Origin: Rikenella sp.
GTDB taxonomy: Bacteria > Bacteroidota > Bacteroidia > Bacteroidales > Rikenellaceae
Direction of reading: 5' to 3'
Assembly: GCA_022511025.1 (NCBI GenBank)
Contig: JAFLSI010000001.1
Location: forward strand, 1 to 58,842
Length of the DNA stretch: 58,842 nt
A model generated the notes under the pieces. That model did not search any database. It was given only the letters and a program-made list of their open reading frames with translations, and was not told the origin of the DNA. Below, in pieces: positions 39,116 through 48,286 of the stretch (positions within the stretch are counted from its first letter, which is position 1; the number at the start of each line of letters is the position of its first letter). The position numbers and the translations under genes are program-made.

Positions 39116-40186
39116 CTACTCGGCTAAAATGGTGGGCACGCCTCCCGCTGCAACCCAATCTTCGATCGTCCCGCCAAGCGAAACTTCGGGTGTGGTGCCG
39201 GTAATTTCGACTTGGTAGGTGTACATCTTTCCTGCGTCAAACGAAACTTTCCCGTCGTCTCCGGCCGGTATCCGACACAAAAATGTCCGCTCCTGACCCG
39301 ACGACGATACATCACCCCCGCCGCTGAACGTCAACCGAATCACCGGATTGGTCGTACTCCCCGGCACAATATACCCTTCGGTCTTCCCCGTCGTCCAATT
39401 CCCGCCGGCTGCCGCACCAGTCGCCGCCGGCACACTGAAAGTGTAAGGCGTCTCTTTCACTGCCGGTGCCTCCCGGCCGCCATTGGTCGCAACTTTATAG
39501 TATTCGCCATGCCGCAAATCAATCACGCATTCGCGATACAATCCGTTATCTGCGTAAAACTCAATCTTCGACAAGTCTGCTCCCTCCAACGATGCCCGAT
39601 CGTACTTCAAATCCAAAACGATCTTCGACAAAACGTTCTGAAACACAAGGGTTACAACGCCATCTCCGGTCCCCTTCGCCTTGGCATTGTTGGAATAGAT
39701 ATAAGGCACCACAACCGTCCCCCCGCTGCCGCTTTCATCTCCCTGCCGGCTAATGTCGCCCAAGTCGATCTCGTAGGTGTTCTGATCCACCACGGCATAT
39801 TTCGGCCCCGGTCCCATAGCGGGATAAACGGCGTAAAAATCCAACTTGGTGCTGGTCCCGGAGTATTTGATCTTGTCTTCTTCGGTTTTGGCGCTGAAGT
39901 GGTTGTTATTATCGGCCACATACCGCATATCTTTATGCCCTTTCCCGCTCGATGCATTGGGGTCGTAGTCGCCGTGAATCGGATTGCCGGCCAACGGTGC
40001 AAAGACGGCAATTTCGTCCTGTTCGTCGAAATCGGTTCCGCTAACCTTGGTTACAGGGTCTTTCCCGGAGGACTGGTAAGCGGCGAATCGCACGGCGGTG
40101 TCGTCGTTGCTCTTTTTATCCAATTCGCATCCTGTCAGCACCATCGAGGACAGGAATAACATGAGAATCGTTCGTTGCTTCATCAT
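39116..40186 (-). CDS. Fimbrillin (Mfa1-like) lipoprotein
   Basis: Lipobox LTGC, LDFYAVYP, FQNVLSKI, AGKMYTYQV, TIEDW; ATG 40186. Confidence 0.8.
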   Translation of the reverse strand: MMKQRTILMLFLSSMVLTGCELDKKSNDDTAVRFAAYQSSGKDPVTKVSGTDFDEQDEIAVFAPLAGNPIHGDYDPNASSGKGHKDMRYVADNNNHFSAKTEEDKIKYSGTSTKLDFYAVYPAMGPGPKYAVVDQNTYEIDLGDISRQGDESGSGGTVVVPYIYSNNAKAKGTGDGVVTLVFQNVLSKIVLDLKYDRASLEGADLSKIEFYADNGLYRECVIDLRHGEYYKVATNGGREAPAVKETPYTFSVPAATGAAAGGNWTTGKTEGYIVPGSTTNPVIRLTFSGGGDVSSSGQERTFLCRIPAGDDGKVSFDAGKMYTYQVEITGTTPEVSLGGTIEDWVAAGGVPTILAE

Positions 40187-40188
40187 TT

Positions 40189-41190
40189 TCAATTTTCCTG
40201 TTCGCCTATAATCGGAGGCTGCGTGGTGTCGTTCCCCTCTTCCCATGGCAATATCGATGCCTCTCCATCACCGGCGATCTCGGCCTCTCCTCCGCCTTTC
40301 AAGGTTACGTTATAGATATACTGTTTTCCTGCCTCGAAGCCGTCTTCAATATCTTTCGGTTTCGCTACATAAGTGTGTACCGGGGTTACCACTGCGATAA
40401 CCAGCCCGGTCGCAGCTTTTCCCCCACCCGACAGAACCGTCCCTTTGGTCGTGGAAACGCCTGCTTTCAATGCAACCGTCCCCTCTCCGTCAGCAGCGGC
40501 CGTCGCACTGACCGTCCCGTCCGCGACAGAAAACACGCCCGATGTCTGCACCCCCGTCCCGCTCAACGTAACGGCGGTAATATGGGCCACATCTTCGTCG
40601 GGCATCGTGGTCTGGTCGTATTGCAAATTCACAACGACTTGCGCCAAAGCATACCGAAATTCCAACTGAATAAAATCGGCGGTCCGTGTCTTTTCGGTCG
40701 CATTGTCGGAGTACAAAATCACTCCTTTCTGTCCCGCACGCTGGTCTGCCAACTCCAAGGCCAGCGTCCCGTTTGCGGCCATCTCTTCCGAATAAGGGTA
40801 ATATCCCTTAAAAGTCATGGTTTTCGCATCATCGGCCGGAAAGCAAATCGGTGTTTTCCCTCCGTCGACGGCCAACTGCCCCTGCGAACTCCCCCCGAGC
40901 GCCACATACGGCACATTTCCCCAAACATCTTCCCCCTCTCCGAAGATCGATCCCGACGACGGATAGGCATACAGCCCGACCCGATCCCCTGCATCGAAAT
41001 TCTCGCCCGTAACTTTCGTTTCAGCCGATGCCGCCTCCGAATCGGACAAAGCCACACAGCTGAACTGTACAGGATACTTTTCGTTTTCCAGCCGTTCGAC
41101 AGTCTGTTTGCTGCATCCCCACAACCCCATCGCCACGCTGCAAACCGCTCCGACAACGGCGTATGATATATGTCTTTTCATAATCATCAT
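40189..41190 (-). CDS. Fimbrillin (Mfa1-like) lipoprotein
   Basis: Lipobox LWGC, FDAGDRVGLY, FKGYYPY, FRYALAQV, AGKQYIYNV, ILPW. Confidence 0.8.
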   Translation of the reverse strand: MMIMKRHISYAVVGAVCSVAMGLWGCSKQTVERLENEKYPVQFSCVALSDSEAASAETKVTGENFDAGDRVGLYAYPSSGSIFGEGEDVWGNVPYVALGGSSQGQLAVDGGKTPICFPADDAKTMTFKGYYPYSEEMAANGTLALELADQRAGQKGVILYSDNATEKTRTADFIQLEFRYALAQVVVNLQYDQTTMPDEDVAHITAVTLSGTGVQTSGVFSVADGTVSATAAADGEGTVALKAGVSTTKGTVLSGGGKAATGLVIAVVTPVHTYVAKPKDIEDGFEAGKQYIYNVTLKGGGEAEIAGDGEASILPWEEGNDTTQPPIIGEQEN

Positions 41191-41276
41191 AGAAAGTCCT
41201 TGTGTACGCTGCTACAAAACCTTTCCTTTCTTACTATAAACCGCCCCCAATTTTTATCACCTCTCAGCTCTCTACC

Positions 41277-42272
41277 CTACACCCCCTCCAAATTCTCCTC
41301 GGTTCCGGTGGTCCACGTGATCACGATCGTTACCATCCCGGCATTCACCCGCACATCCAAATTCCCCTCTACCTGAACCTGCGAACCGCCCGCCGAACTC
41401 CCTTTCTTCATCTGGTCCGTAATGTCTTCCACCATCGAAACCGTCCGTCCCGACACCGTTTCAAACTGCAAGTAGAGATTATTCCGCAAAGCGTCCTCTA
41501 TCTCCGCCTCATTGCCGAAGATCAGCATCGTTCCCTCCAACACCGCGGTTCCGTCGCTCGCATAAGTCAGCGCCAACGGCGAGATCGCCTGACAACCGCC
41601 CATTATCTCTCCCGATGTCAAGTCGATTCTGGAGGCAATCCCTCCCAAAGCCGCCGCCACCGACCGAATTTCACTGCCTATCCCCGTTACGGTAAATTTC
41701 AAGTGCACGGTCTTCATCCGTCTGGCCATCGGCACCAGAAAGATCGATACATCTGCCGTATCCGATTCGAACGTAATCGGATCGCCGACTTTCATCTCCG
41801 GAAGAGAGCCCGAAAAGATCCATCCCGGCTGGCAAACCACCTCGTTCCGGTCGTCCGCTTTGGAGAACATATCCGTCAGAAAAGGCGCCGATGTCGGCTT
41901 GGCCACCAGCTGTGCGGTTTCGAACTTGTCCGCATTCTGCACCTCGACATTATCGTTCACGTTGACTACGATCGCCCTGTAGACCCCCACATTCAAGAGC
42001 ACTTTTTCATTCCGCAGCAGCCCTTCTTGCGGGATATCGTACTGTGCCCGCAGGGTTCCATCCTCTTGGAACAGGAACATTTTCAAGCGGCTCGGAGTCT
42101 GCTCCTGGTCTGCCTCGGCCACTCCATTCCAGTCCAATCTCACTTCGATCGGCAGCTGTTTGATCCGGGTATAAGGCCGTTTGTTGCATCCGCTGAAAGC
42201 CAGCCCCGCCACGACAACCGACATGATCCCCAGCCATGCCGACACACAACCATATATCGATCGGTTTTTCAT
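41277..42272 (-). CDS. DUF5119/Mfa2-like pilus anchor lipoprotein
   Basis: Lipobox FSGC, VRLDW, GVYRAIVVN, DITDQ, C-terminal ITW; position right after the DUF3575 gene. Confidence 0.7.
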   Translation of the reverse strand: MKNRSIYGCVSAWLGIMSVVVAGLAFSGCNKRPYTRIKQLPIEVRLDWNGVAEADQEQTPSRLKMFLFQEDGTLRAQYDIPQEGLLRNEKVLLNVGVYRAIVVNVNDNVEVQNADKFETAQLVAKPTSAPFLTDMFSKADDRNEVVCQPGWIFSGSLPEMKVGDPITFESDTADVSIFLVPMARRMKTVHLKFTVTGIGSEIRSVAAALGGIASRIDLTSGEIMGGCQAISPLALTYASDGTAVLEGTMLIFGNEAEIEDALRNNLYLQFETVSGRTVSMVEDITDQMKKGSSAGGSQVQVEGNLDVRVNAGMVTIVITWTTGTEENLEGV

Positions 42273-42346
42273 CGTTGAATCTATCTTTCGTGCGTTAAAA
42301 CGAACGCATTCCGTCCGTTATTGCGTTTCGTTTCCGTTTATTCGTT

Positions 42347-43639
42347 CTATTTATGTCCGATTCGGAAGACGACTGTCGCATTGACTTTCGTCGGCCCGAT
42401 CCATGCTTTGGTTTTATACTCCTGCCACAAGTTTTTCTGCACGACATCGTTCCACTTGTAGACATCCATCTTGTTCCTCAGGTACCCCACCCCGATTCCG
42501 AACTCGAACGCCCACCGTCTCCCGACCGGCAGATAATATCCGTAACTGATCCCCCCGCCGATCGAAGTCCCCTGACGCCCTTTTTCGTTCAATTTGATAT
42601 CGAAATCGGCATATTGTCCGTAGATCCCGATCACGTGCCCCGCCACCGACCGGTCGTCGTTGAACCAGTATCTGAACTGCGGTCCCCCGCCTGCGACATA
42701 AATCCCCTTGTCTCCCGTATCCGTTGTCTTATTCCAATAGGTAACCGCCCCTTCCAACAGAATCGAGAAGTGGCCGCCGATATGGAACTCGATCCCCCCG
42801 TTCGGCGCAAACATGAGCCAATACAGCGCATTGGTCCTGAGCGAGACCACTTGGTTGATCGGTCCGGTATATTTCTCCCTGCTGTAATACCCCGCGTAGT
42901 TGTTTTTCGTCCGCTGCTGTTGTGCATGCTGCCGTGTCCGCGACTGCGGATTCCACACCGGATAGGGATTGGTCAGAATCGCCGCCAGCTGCCGCTCTTT
43001 CTGGGCATCCGAAATCGTATCCGACAGCAACTCCGTCAACTCCGAGGTTACCGCCACCCGAGCCTCCTGCCGCACCGTGCTGGCATCATATCCCCCCGCA
43101 ACGCCCGTATAGACGGTAAATTCGACCTGCCGCAATTTGTTATACGCATCTTCCGCCAACCACACATCGTCCGGCTCCTCTTGGTCGTCATCCGCCGAAG
43201 CGATGTACGACAAGATCGCTATTCCCCGCCCCACTTCATTGTGCTCCAAGGTCCGAACCACATAATCTTTCACCCCCGCCAACCGGGCTTCGGCCAGCTC
43301 TCTGCTCCCCACCCGGCTGTCCGAGCGCGAAGTATAAGCAGTCAACACCACCGAGTCGATCCGCACGCCGTCGAGCATCGCCACCCGCCGCACCACCGAG
43401 TCGAACTGCTGCCGCTGGATCAGGTTCGAGCCGAACTGGAAAACGAGGTCGCTGCTTCCCATCACGAAGTCGAACTTGAGTTTTTTGGGATGCGTGAGAT
43501 CGACCGTCGTTACCCCGCCGCCATAGTAAGCGTCGCTTTCCGCCGCCCGCAGGCTCGGAGCGCAAAGCCCGACAGACCACGCCGCGACCGCCACCGCAAT
43601 CGAGCGTTTCAGATTGTACGTTATTTCGGATCGGTGCAT
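42347..43639 (-). CDS. OmpA-like plus DUF3575 outer-membrane beta-barrel protein
   Basis: Signal peptide; OmpA-like segment (IDSVVLTAYTS, LAEARL); SLRTNALYW..PNGGIEF, GISYGY, WIGPTK typical of DUF3575. Confidence 0.8.
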   Translation of the reverse strand: MHRSEITYNLKRSIAVAVAAWSVGLCAPSLRAAESDAYYGGGVTTVDLTHPKKLKFDFVMGSSDLVFQFGSNLIQRQQFDSVVRRVAMLDGVRIDSVVLTAYTSRSDSRVGSRELAEARLAGVKDYVVRTLEHNEVGRGIAILSYIASADDDQEEPDDVWLAEDAYNKLRQVEFTVYTGVAGGYDASTVRQEARVAVTSELTELLSDTISDAQKERQLAAILTNPYPVWNPQSRTRQHAQQQRTKNNYAGYYSREKYTGPINQVVSLRTNALYWLMFAPNGGIEFHIGGHFSILLEGAVTYWNKTTDTGDKGIYVAGGGPQFRYWFNDDRSVAGHVIGIYGQYADFDIKLNEKGRQGTSIGGGISYGYYLPVGRRWAFEFGIGVGYLRNKMDVYKWNDVVQKNLWQEYKTKAWIGPTKVNATVVFRIGHK

Positions 43640-43642
43640 ATA

Positions 43643-44299
43643 CTAATTTTCCTGAGCGACGGAATGGTTATTCTTCGTCTGGTTATTTCGAGTCTCTCCG
43701 GCGGCAGTCGCCCCGGACATTTTTCTGAGTCCTCCGACCCCCCGGAGTTTCAGATAGCGATACATGCTGCGTTCGTTGCACCGCACGATATCGCAAATAT
43801 CCCGTACCGTAAAGTCGCCCTGGCAGTACATCCTCACTGCCAGATCGAGCTGTTCGGCATCTATTTTAATCGATCCTTTCGGCCGTCCGCCCTGCACCGT
43901 TTCGTCCCGGTCGCCCGGCATCTCCTCCTCCGGTCCGCCGCACAGCAGCGGTGCGAACCGGCACATATGCAGCATGAAGCGCTCCACCTCTTTCATCTGC
44001 AAGACGTTCTGCGAATCTCCCAGCCACCGTTCGTCCAACGACTTCAGAAAGAACCGTTTGCGTGCACACATCAACAGGATCTCCAAGAGATCCTCGACCC
44101 GCCGGCAAATTTCGCTCAACGAGCAGACCACCAGCTCGTCTCCCTCTTTCAAGAGTCTGGCGACATCCATGAATTTCTCCCGGACCGTCGCCCGCCCGTT
44201 GACAATATCGATTTCATCGACTCCATAGCGCTTCAATCGAGCGATTTTTTCCCTCACCCGATCAGCGCTATCCACCATTATGACAAATCCTCTGACCAC
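43643..44299 (-). CDS. Resolvase/invertase-family homolog with degenerate catalytic motifs and intact C-terminal HTH
   Basis: LKEGDELVV, GGRPKG hinge, HTH TVRDICDIVRCNERSMYRYL; GYARVS replaced by GFVIMV; start uncertain (GTG 44299 or 44347). Confidence 0.7.
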   Translation of the reverse strand: MVRGFVIMVDSADRVREKIARLKRYGVDEIDIVNGRATVREKFMDVARLLKEGDELVVCSLSEICRRVEDLLEILLMCARKRFFLKSLDERWLGDSQNVLQMKEVERFMLHMCRFAPLLCGGPEEEMPGDRDETVQGGRPKGSIKIDAEQLDLAVRMYCQGDFTVRDICDIVRCNERSMYRYLKLRGVGGLRKMSGATAAGETRNNQTKNNHSVAQEN

Positions 44300-44429
44300 G
44301 TATTCAATACTGTCTGCCGCCCCATTCACCCCACACCCAACGCTCACTCGCTGAGAATCTGCGACTTAACCATAATACTTGACCGCTGCCTGCCCCATCC
44401 GCAGCGGTTGTACACCTATATTCTGACAG

Positions 44430-44459
44430 CAAAAGTAGAAAATAATTTCCAATCACAAA
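44430..44459 (-). promoter_or_regulatory. Pilus operon promoter: TTTG (-33) and TACTTTTG (-7)
   Basis: -7 box 44430-44437, TTTG 44456-44459, 18-nt spacer. Confidence 0.6.
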
Positions 44460-44733
44460 CTTTTTAGGTCGCTTTTTTTACTTGGAAGCCATAGCCGACA
44501 GAGCCTTGCCGCATCCCGGACGGGTCGGTCGGGGCAAGGGAGATATGACAAAAAGCCGGTGCTGTGCCCGGTTCCGGTATGCCAAAAAGGCGGGATGCGG
44601 GGCCGGCATTCTTTAACATCCTGTTATCATGCAAATTACAACTAAAACAAAAGGTCTGGCATCGGCTTGCGCCGATCCGAACGAACGACAGCCATCGCGC
44701 CGAAAAAAGGGGTGGCAGTCCGGAAGAAAATTC

Positions 44734-44741
44734 TATCTTTG
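44734..44741 (+). promoter_or_regulatory. -7 promoter box (TATCTTTG)
   Basis: TAnnTTTG 35 nt upstream of ATG 44777. Confidence 0.6.
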
Positions 44742-44776
44742 TCCGCCAGCTAAACCAGCTAAATCAGAAAATCGCT

Positions 44777-45649
44777 ATGAAACACCACTCGATTATACTC
44801 GGAATCGCTGTCGCGCTCTGCACGACAGCTTGCGACAAGGACCTGGGGGCGAAAAAACCGGGCCGCTCCAAATACATCTCCCGCATCGTATCCTACCGAC
44901 CCGCCCCCGGACAATTCATCAACACGGCGTTAGGCAGTCCGGAGGCGGCGCAGGGGATCGTCGGGGGCAGGAGCGGGTGCCTGTCGTTAGGCGGTTTCGG
45001 CGGGTATGTCGTTTTCGAGTTCGACCACGAGGTCGAAAACATCGCAGGCACCGACTTCGTCATCTTCGGCAATGCGTTTTCGGGGAGTTCGGAGCCGGGT
45101 ATCGTCGAGGTCAGCGCCGACGGGGAACATTGGTACCGGTTGGCCGGTTCTGCCGATGAGGAGGCGGAGACGGTCCACCGCTACACGATCCGGTACGAGC
45201 GCCCCACACAGACTGCAACGACGGAGGCCGTCGACTGGAGCGACAATTCGGGAGCGACCGGCCGGCTCGACATCATATCGTACCACGGGCAGAGCTACTG
45301 GCCGGCATTTCTGTCGGACAATCCGGAGAGTTTGACCTTTTCGGGGGTCAGGCTGCCGGGAAACGTTTCGTGGAACGAAAAGTCGAAACAATATGTTTTC
45401 TCGGCTTTCGAATGGGGTTATGCGGACAACTGGTCGGCCGACTACCCCGAAATCGCGGGAAACGATCCGGATACCCGGAACAGCAACAAATTCGACCTCG
45501 ACTGGGCGGTCGACGAAGCCGGAAACCGGGTGGAATTGAAGGCGATACGCCAAGTCAAGGTCTACACGGCGCTCAACCAGACGGCAGGCAGTTTGGGCGA
45601 GACGTCGACCGAGGTGTGCGGAGCGCTCTCGCTCTCGGCCGGCCGGTAA
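44777..45649 (+). CDS. Surface lipoprotein with BtuH-like (putative cobalamin-binding) domain
   Basis: Lipobox TTAC; YRPAPGQFIN, SLGGFGGYVVFEFDH, GNAF..SSEPGIV, WGYADN, LGETSTEV resemble my recollection of the C-domain of B. thetaiotaomicron BtuH. Confidence 0.6.
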   Translation: MKHHSIILGIAVALCTTACDKDLGAKKPGRSKYISRIVSYRPAPGQFINTALGSPEAAQGIVGGRSGCLSLGGFGGYVVFEFDHEVENIAGTDFVIFGNAFSGSSEPGIVEVSADGEHWYRLAGSADEEAETVHRYTIRYERPTQTATTEAVDWSDNSGATGRLDIISYHGQSYWPAFLSDNPESLTFSGVRLPGNVSWNEKSKQYVFSAFEWGYADNWSADYPEIAGNDPDTRNSNKFDLDWAVDEAGNRVELKAIRQVKVYTALNQTAGSLGETSTEVCGALSLSAGR

Positions 45650-45744
45650 TCCTCTTTTTCGTTCAATAATTTCCGACTCGGAGCGTCCGACCGGCAGCTG
45701 CGTCCAAGGTTGCCGCTGCCGGTCAAGGCCTTTGCCTGCCGCCT

Positions 45745-46947
45745 CTACGCATCGATCACCCCCGAACCGATCAACTCGCCATCCGGCGCATACCACGCCG
45801 CAAACTGCCCCGCCGTAATCCCCCGCTGCGGCTCCTCAAAATCGATCATCCCCCACCCGTCTTCACCGATCCGCAGCACCGCCCGTTGCAGCGGCTGCCG
45901 ATACCGGATCCGCACCCAATATTCGCGCGGTTCATCGGCCGGCCCCATCGTCAGGTCAGGCCGCACCCAGTGCATCTCCTCCGGCCGAATCCTCAACCCC
46001 CGGCGATAGAGTCCCGGATGGTCTCCCCCCATCCCGACATAGACCGCATTGGCCCCGACATCCGTCGCCAGCACGAACAACGGCTCCGGCTTCCCCCCCA
46101 CCTGCAACCCCTTGCGCTGCCCGATCGTGTAGAAATGCGCCCCGTTGTGCTCCCCCACCTTCACCCCGTCCGTTTCCCCGTATATATAAGGTGCATACCG
46201 GTCGTGGTCCGGATCGGCATAGCCCCTCCAGTCCGCCGGGATTTCGAGGATGGCCCCTCCCGGGCGGACCGACAGTTTCTGCTGCAAAAAGAGCGGCAAA
46301 TCGACCTTCCCCACAAAACAGATTCCCTGCGAATCTTTCCGTTCCGCCGTGGCCAACCCCAGCTCGGCCGCAATGCGCCGCACCTCCGGTTTTTCGAGGT
46401 CGCCGATCGGGAACAACGTCTTGGAGAGCTGCTCCTGGTCGAGCTGACAAAGGAAATAGCTCTGGTCCTTGTTCCGGTCGTCGCCCGCCAGCAGCCGGCA
46501 GTAGCTCTGCCCGTCCGCCGGACTGACCACCCGGTCCGTTTTGCAGTAATGCCCCGTCGCCACATAATCCGCCCCTATCTTCAAAGCCGCTTTCAGGAAC
46601 GCATCGAACTTGATCTCCCGGTTGCACAGCACATCCGGATTCGGCGTCCGCCCCCGCCCGTATTCGGCGAACATATAGTCCACCACCCGTTTCCGATACT
46701 CCTCGCTCAAGTCGATAAAGTGGAACTCGATGTCCAATTTTTTGGCCACCAACTCCGCGAAGACCCGGTCGTCGTACCACGGACAATCTCCGGCCAGCGT
46801 TCCCGTCGTGTCGTGCCAGTTCCGCATGAACATCCCCACCACCTCGTAGCCCTGTTTTTGGAGCACCCACGCCGCGACACTCGAATCGACCCCGCCCGAC
46901 AGGCCCACCACCACCCGTTTCCCCTTTTTCGTTTTCGTATTTTCCAT
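45745..46947 (-). CDS. mnmA: tRNA-specific 2-thiouridylase
   Basis: SGGVDSS, TPNPDVLCN, ATGHY, KDQSYFL, DSQGICF; TATCTTTG box 46975-46982 (-). Confidence 0.97.
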   Translation of the reverse strand: MENTKTKKGKRVVVGLSGGVDSSVAAWVLQKQGYEVVGMFMRNWHDTTGTLAGDCPWYDDRVFAELVAKKLDIEFHFIDLSEEYRKRVVDYMFAEYGRGRTPNPDVLCNREIKFDAFLKAALKIGADYVATGHYCKTDRVVSPADGQSYCRLLAGDDRNKDQSYFLCQLDQEQLSKTLFPIGDLEKPEVRRIAAELGLATAERKDSQGICFVGKVDLPLFLQQKLSVRPGGAILEIPADWRGYADPDHDRYAPYIYGETDGVKVGEHNGAHFYTIGQRKGLQVGGKPEPLFVLATDVGANAVYVGMGGDHPGLYRRGLRIRPEEMHWVRPDLTMGPADEPREYWVRIRYRQPLQRAVLRIGEDGWGMIDFEEPQRGITAGQFAAWYAPDGELIGSGVIDA

Positions 46948-47083
46948 GGTTCGCATCCCCCTTGTCGAGAGCCTCAAAGATAGCGGTTTTCTGCGGGATT
47001 CCGGTTCCCGCAGTTTTCGACCGGTCCACGGAATGCAAAAAACACTATCTTTGTTTCGGAATCAACTCAACGCCTCATCTTTT

Positions 47084-48286
47084 ATGCCGAAGATTTCGCA
47101 GACCGGCCTCCGCATGCCGGCCTCCCCCATCCGGAAACTCGTCCCCTATGCCGAAGCCGCCAAGCGGCGGGGGTTGCACGTCTACCACCTGAACATCGGC
47201 CAGCCGGACATTCCCACGCCGGACGAAGCGTTGGCCGCGATCCGGGCCGTGGAGGTGCAGACAGTGGCCTACACCCACTCGGCCGGGATCGGCAGCTACC
47301 GCGAAGCGCTGGCCCGGTTCTACACGGAACGCGGCCTGCCGCTCACCGCGGAGCAGATCATCGTAACCACCGGCGGATCGGAAGCCATTTTGATGGGGAT
47401 GTTGGCCACGTGCGACCGGGGCGACCAGATTATCGTACCGGAGCCGTACTATGCCAATTACAACGGATTCGCCACAGAGGCCGGCGTGGAGATCGTACCG
47501 GTGAGGTCGTATATCGAATCGGATTTCGCCCTGCCGCCGATCGCCGAATTTGAAAAACTCATCACCCCGAAGACACGGGGGATCCTCATCTGCAACCCGA
47601 ACAACCCGACCGGCTACCTCTACAGCGAAGAGGAAATACTCCAGCTGCGGGAGATCGTGCTGCGCCACGACCTGTTCCTGATGGCGGACGAGGTGTACAG
47701 CGACTTCTGCTACGACGGAGCGAAACACCACTCCGTTCTGTCGTTGGAGGGCATGGACGACCACGTGATCATGATGGACTCGATCTCCAAACGGTTCAGC
47801 ATGTGCGGGGCACGGATCGGAGCCTTGGTCAGCCGGAATCCGGCCGTGATCGACGCAGCGCTCCGGATGGGACAGGCCCGGCTGTGTGCGCCCTACGTGG
47901 GACAGGTGGCGGCAGAGGCCGCCCTGCATACCCCCCGGAGCTATTTCACCGCCGTACACGACGAATACAAAGCCCGGCGGAATTTTATGGTGGCAGAGCT
48001 AAACCGGATGCCCGGAGTACGGTGTCCGCTGCCGCGGGGAGCGTTTTACGCCATTGCGGAGCTGCCGGTGGACGATGCCGACCGGTTCGCCCGGTGGATG
48101 CTGGAGGAGTTCGAGCGGGAGGGAAAGACAGTCATGGTGGCCCCGGCTTCCGGTTTCTACGCCGAACCGGAAACGGGACGGCACCAGGTGCGGCTGGCCT
48201 ACGTTCTGAAGATCGAAGATTTGCGCGGGGCGATGGATACGCTTGCGGCGGCCTTGCAAAGCTATCCCGGACGTACGACACGATAG
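47084..48286 (+). CDS. Class I PLP aminotransferase (aspartate aminotransferase-like)
   Basis: LNIGQPD, CNPNNPTG, DEVY, SISKRFSMCGARIG; TATCTTTG box 47046-47053. Confidence 0.9.
   Translation: MPKISQTGLRMPASPIRKLVPYAEAAKRRGLHVYHLNIGQPDIPTPDEALAAIRAVEVQTVAYTHSAGIGSYREALARFYTERGLPLTAEQIIVTTGGSEAILMGMLATCDRGDQIIVPEPYYANYNGFATEAGVEIVPVRSYIESDFALPPIAEFEKLITPKTRGILICNPNNPTGYLYSEEEILQLREIVLRHDLFLMADEVYSDFCYDGAKHHSVLSLEGMDDHVIMMDSISKRFSMCGARIGALVSRNPAVIDAALRMGQARLCAPYVGQVAAEAALHTPRSYFTAVHDEYKARRNFMVAELNRMPGVRCPLPRGAFYAIAELPVDDADRFARWMLEEFEREGKTVMVAPASGFYAEPETGRHQVRLAYVLKIEDLRGAMDTLAAALQSYPGRTTR

Noticed and set aside
42353-44467. 704-aa plus-strand ORF
   Set aside because: Antisense shadow of the DUF3575 and resolvase-like genes
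44350-44480. Invertible (phase-variable) promoter for the pilus operon
   Set aside because: No inverted repeats seen flanking the promoter boxes, and the adjacent recombinase lacks catalytic residues
44460-44776. Cobalamin riboswitch upstream of BtuH-like gene
   Set aside because: No B12-box consensus seen, and the promoter lies only 35 nt from the start codon
29400-44780. Complete DGR cassette (RT, template repeat, Avd) at the pilus locus
   Set aside because: No RT motifs in any ORF and no AAC-rich second copy of the tip 3' end seen; only a target-like region is supported
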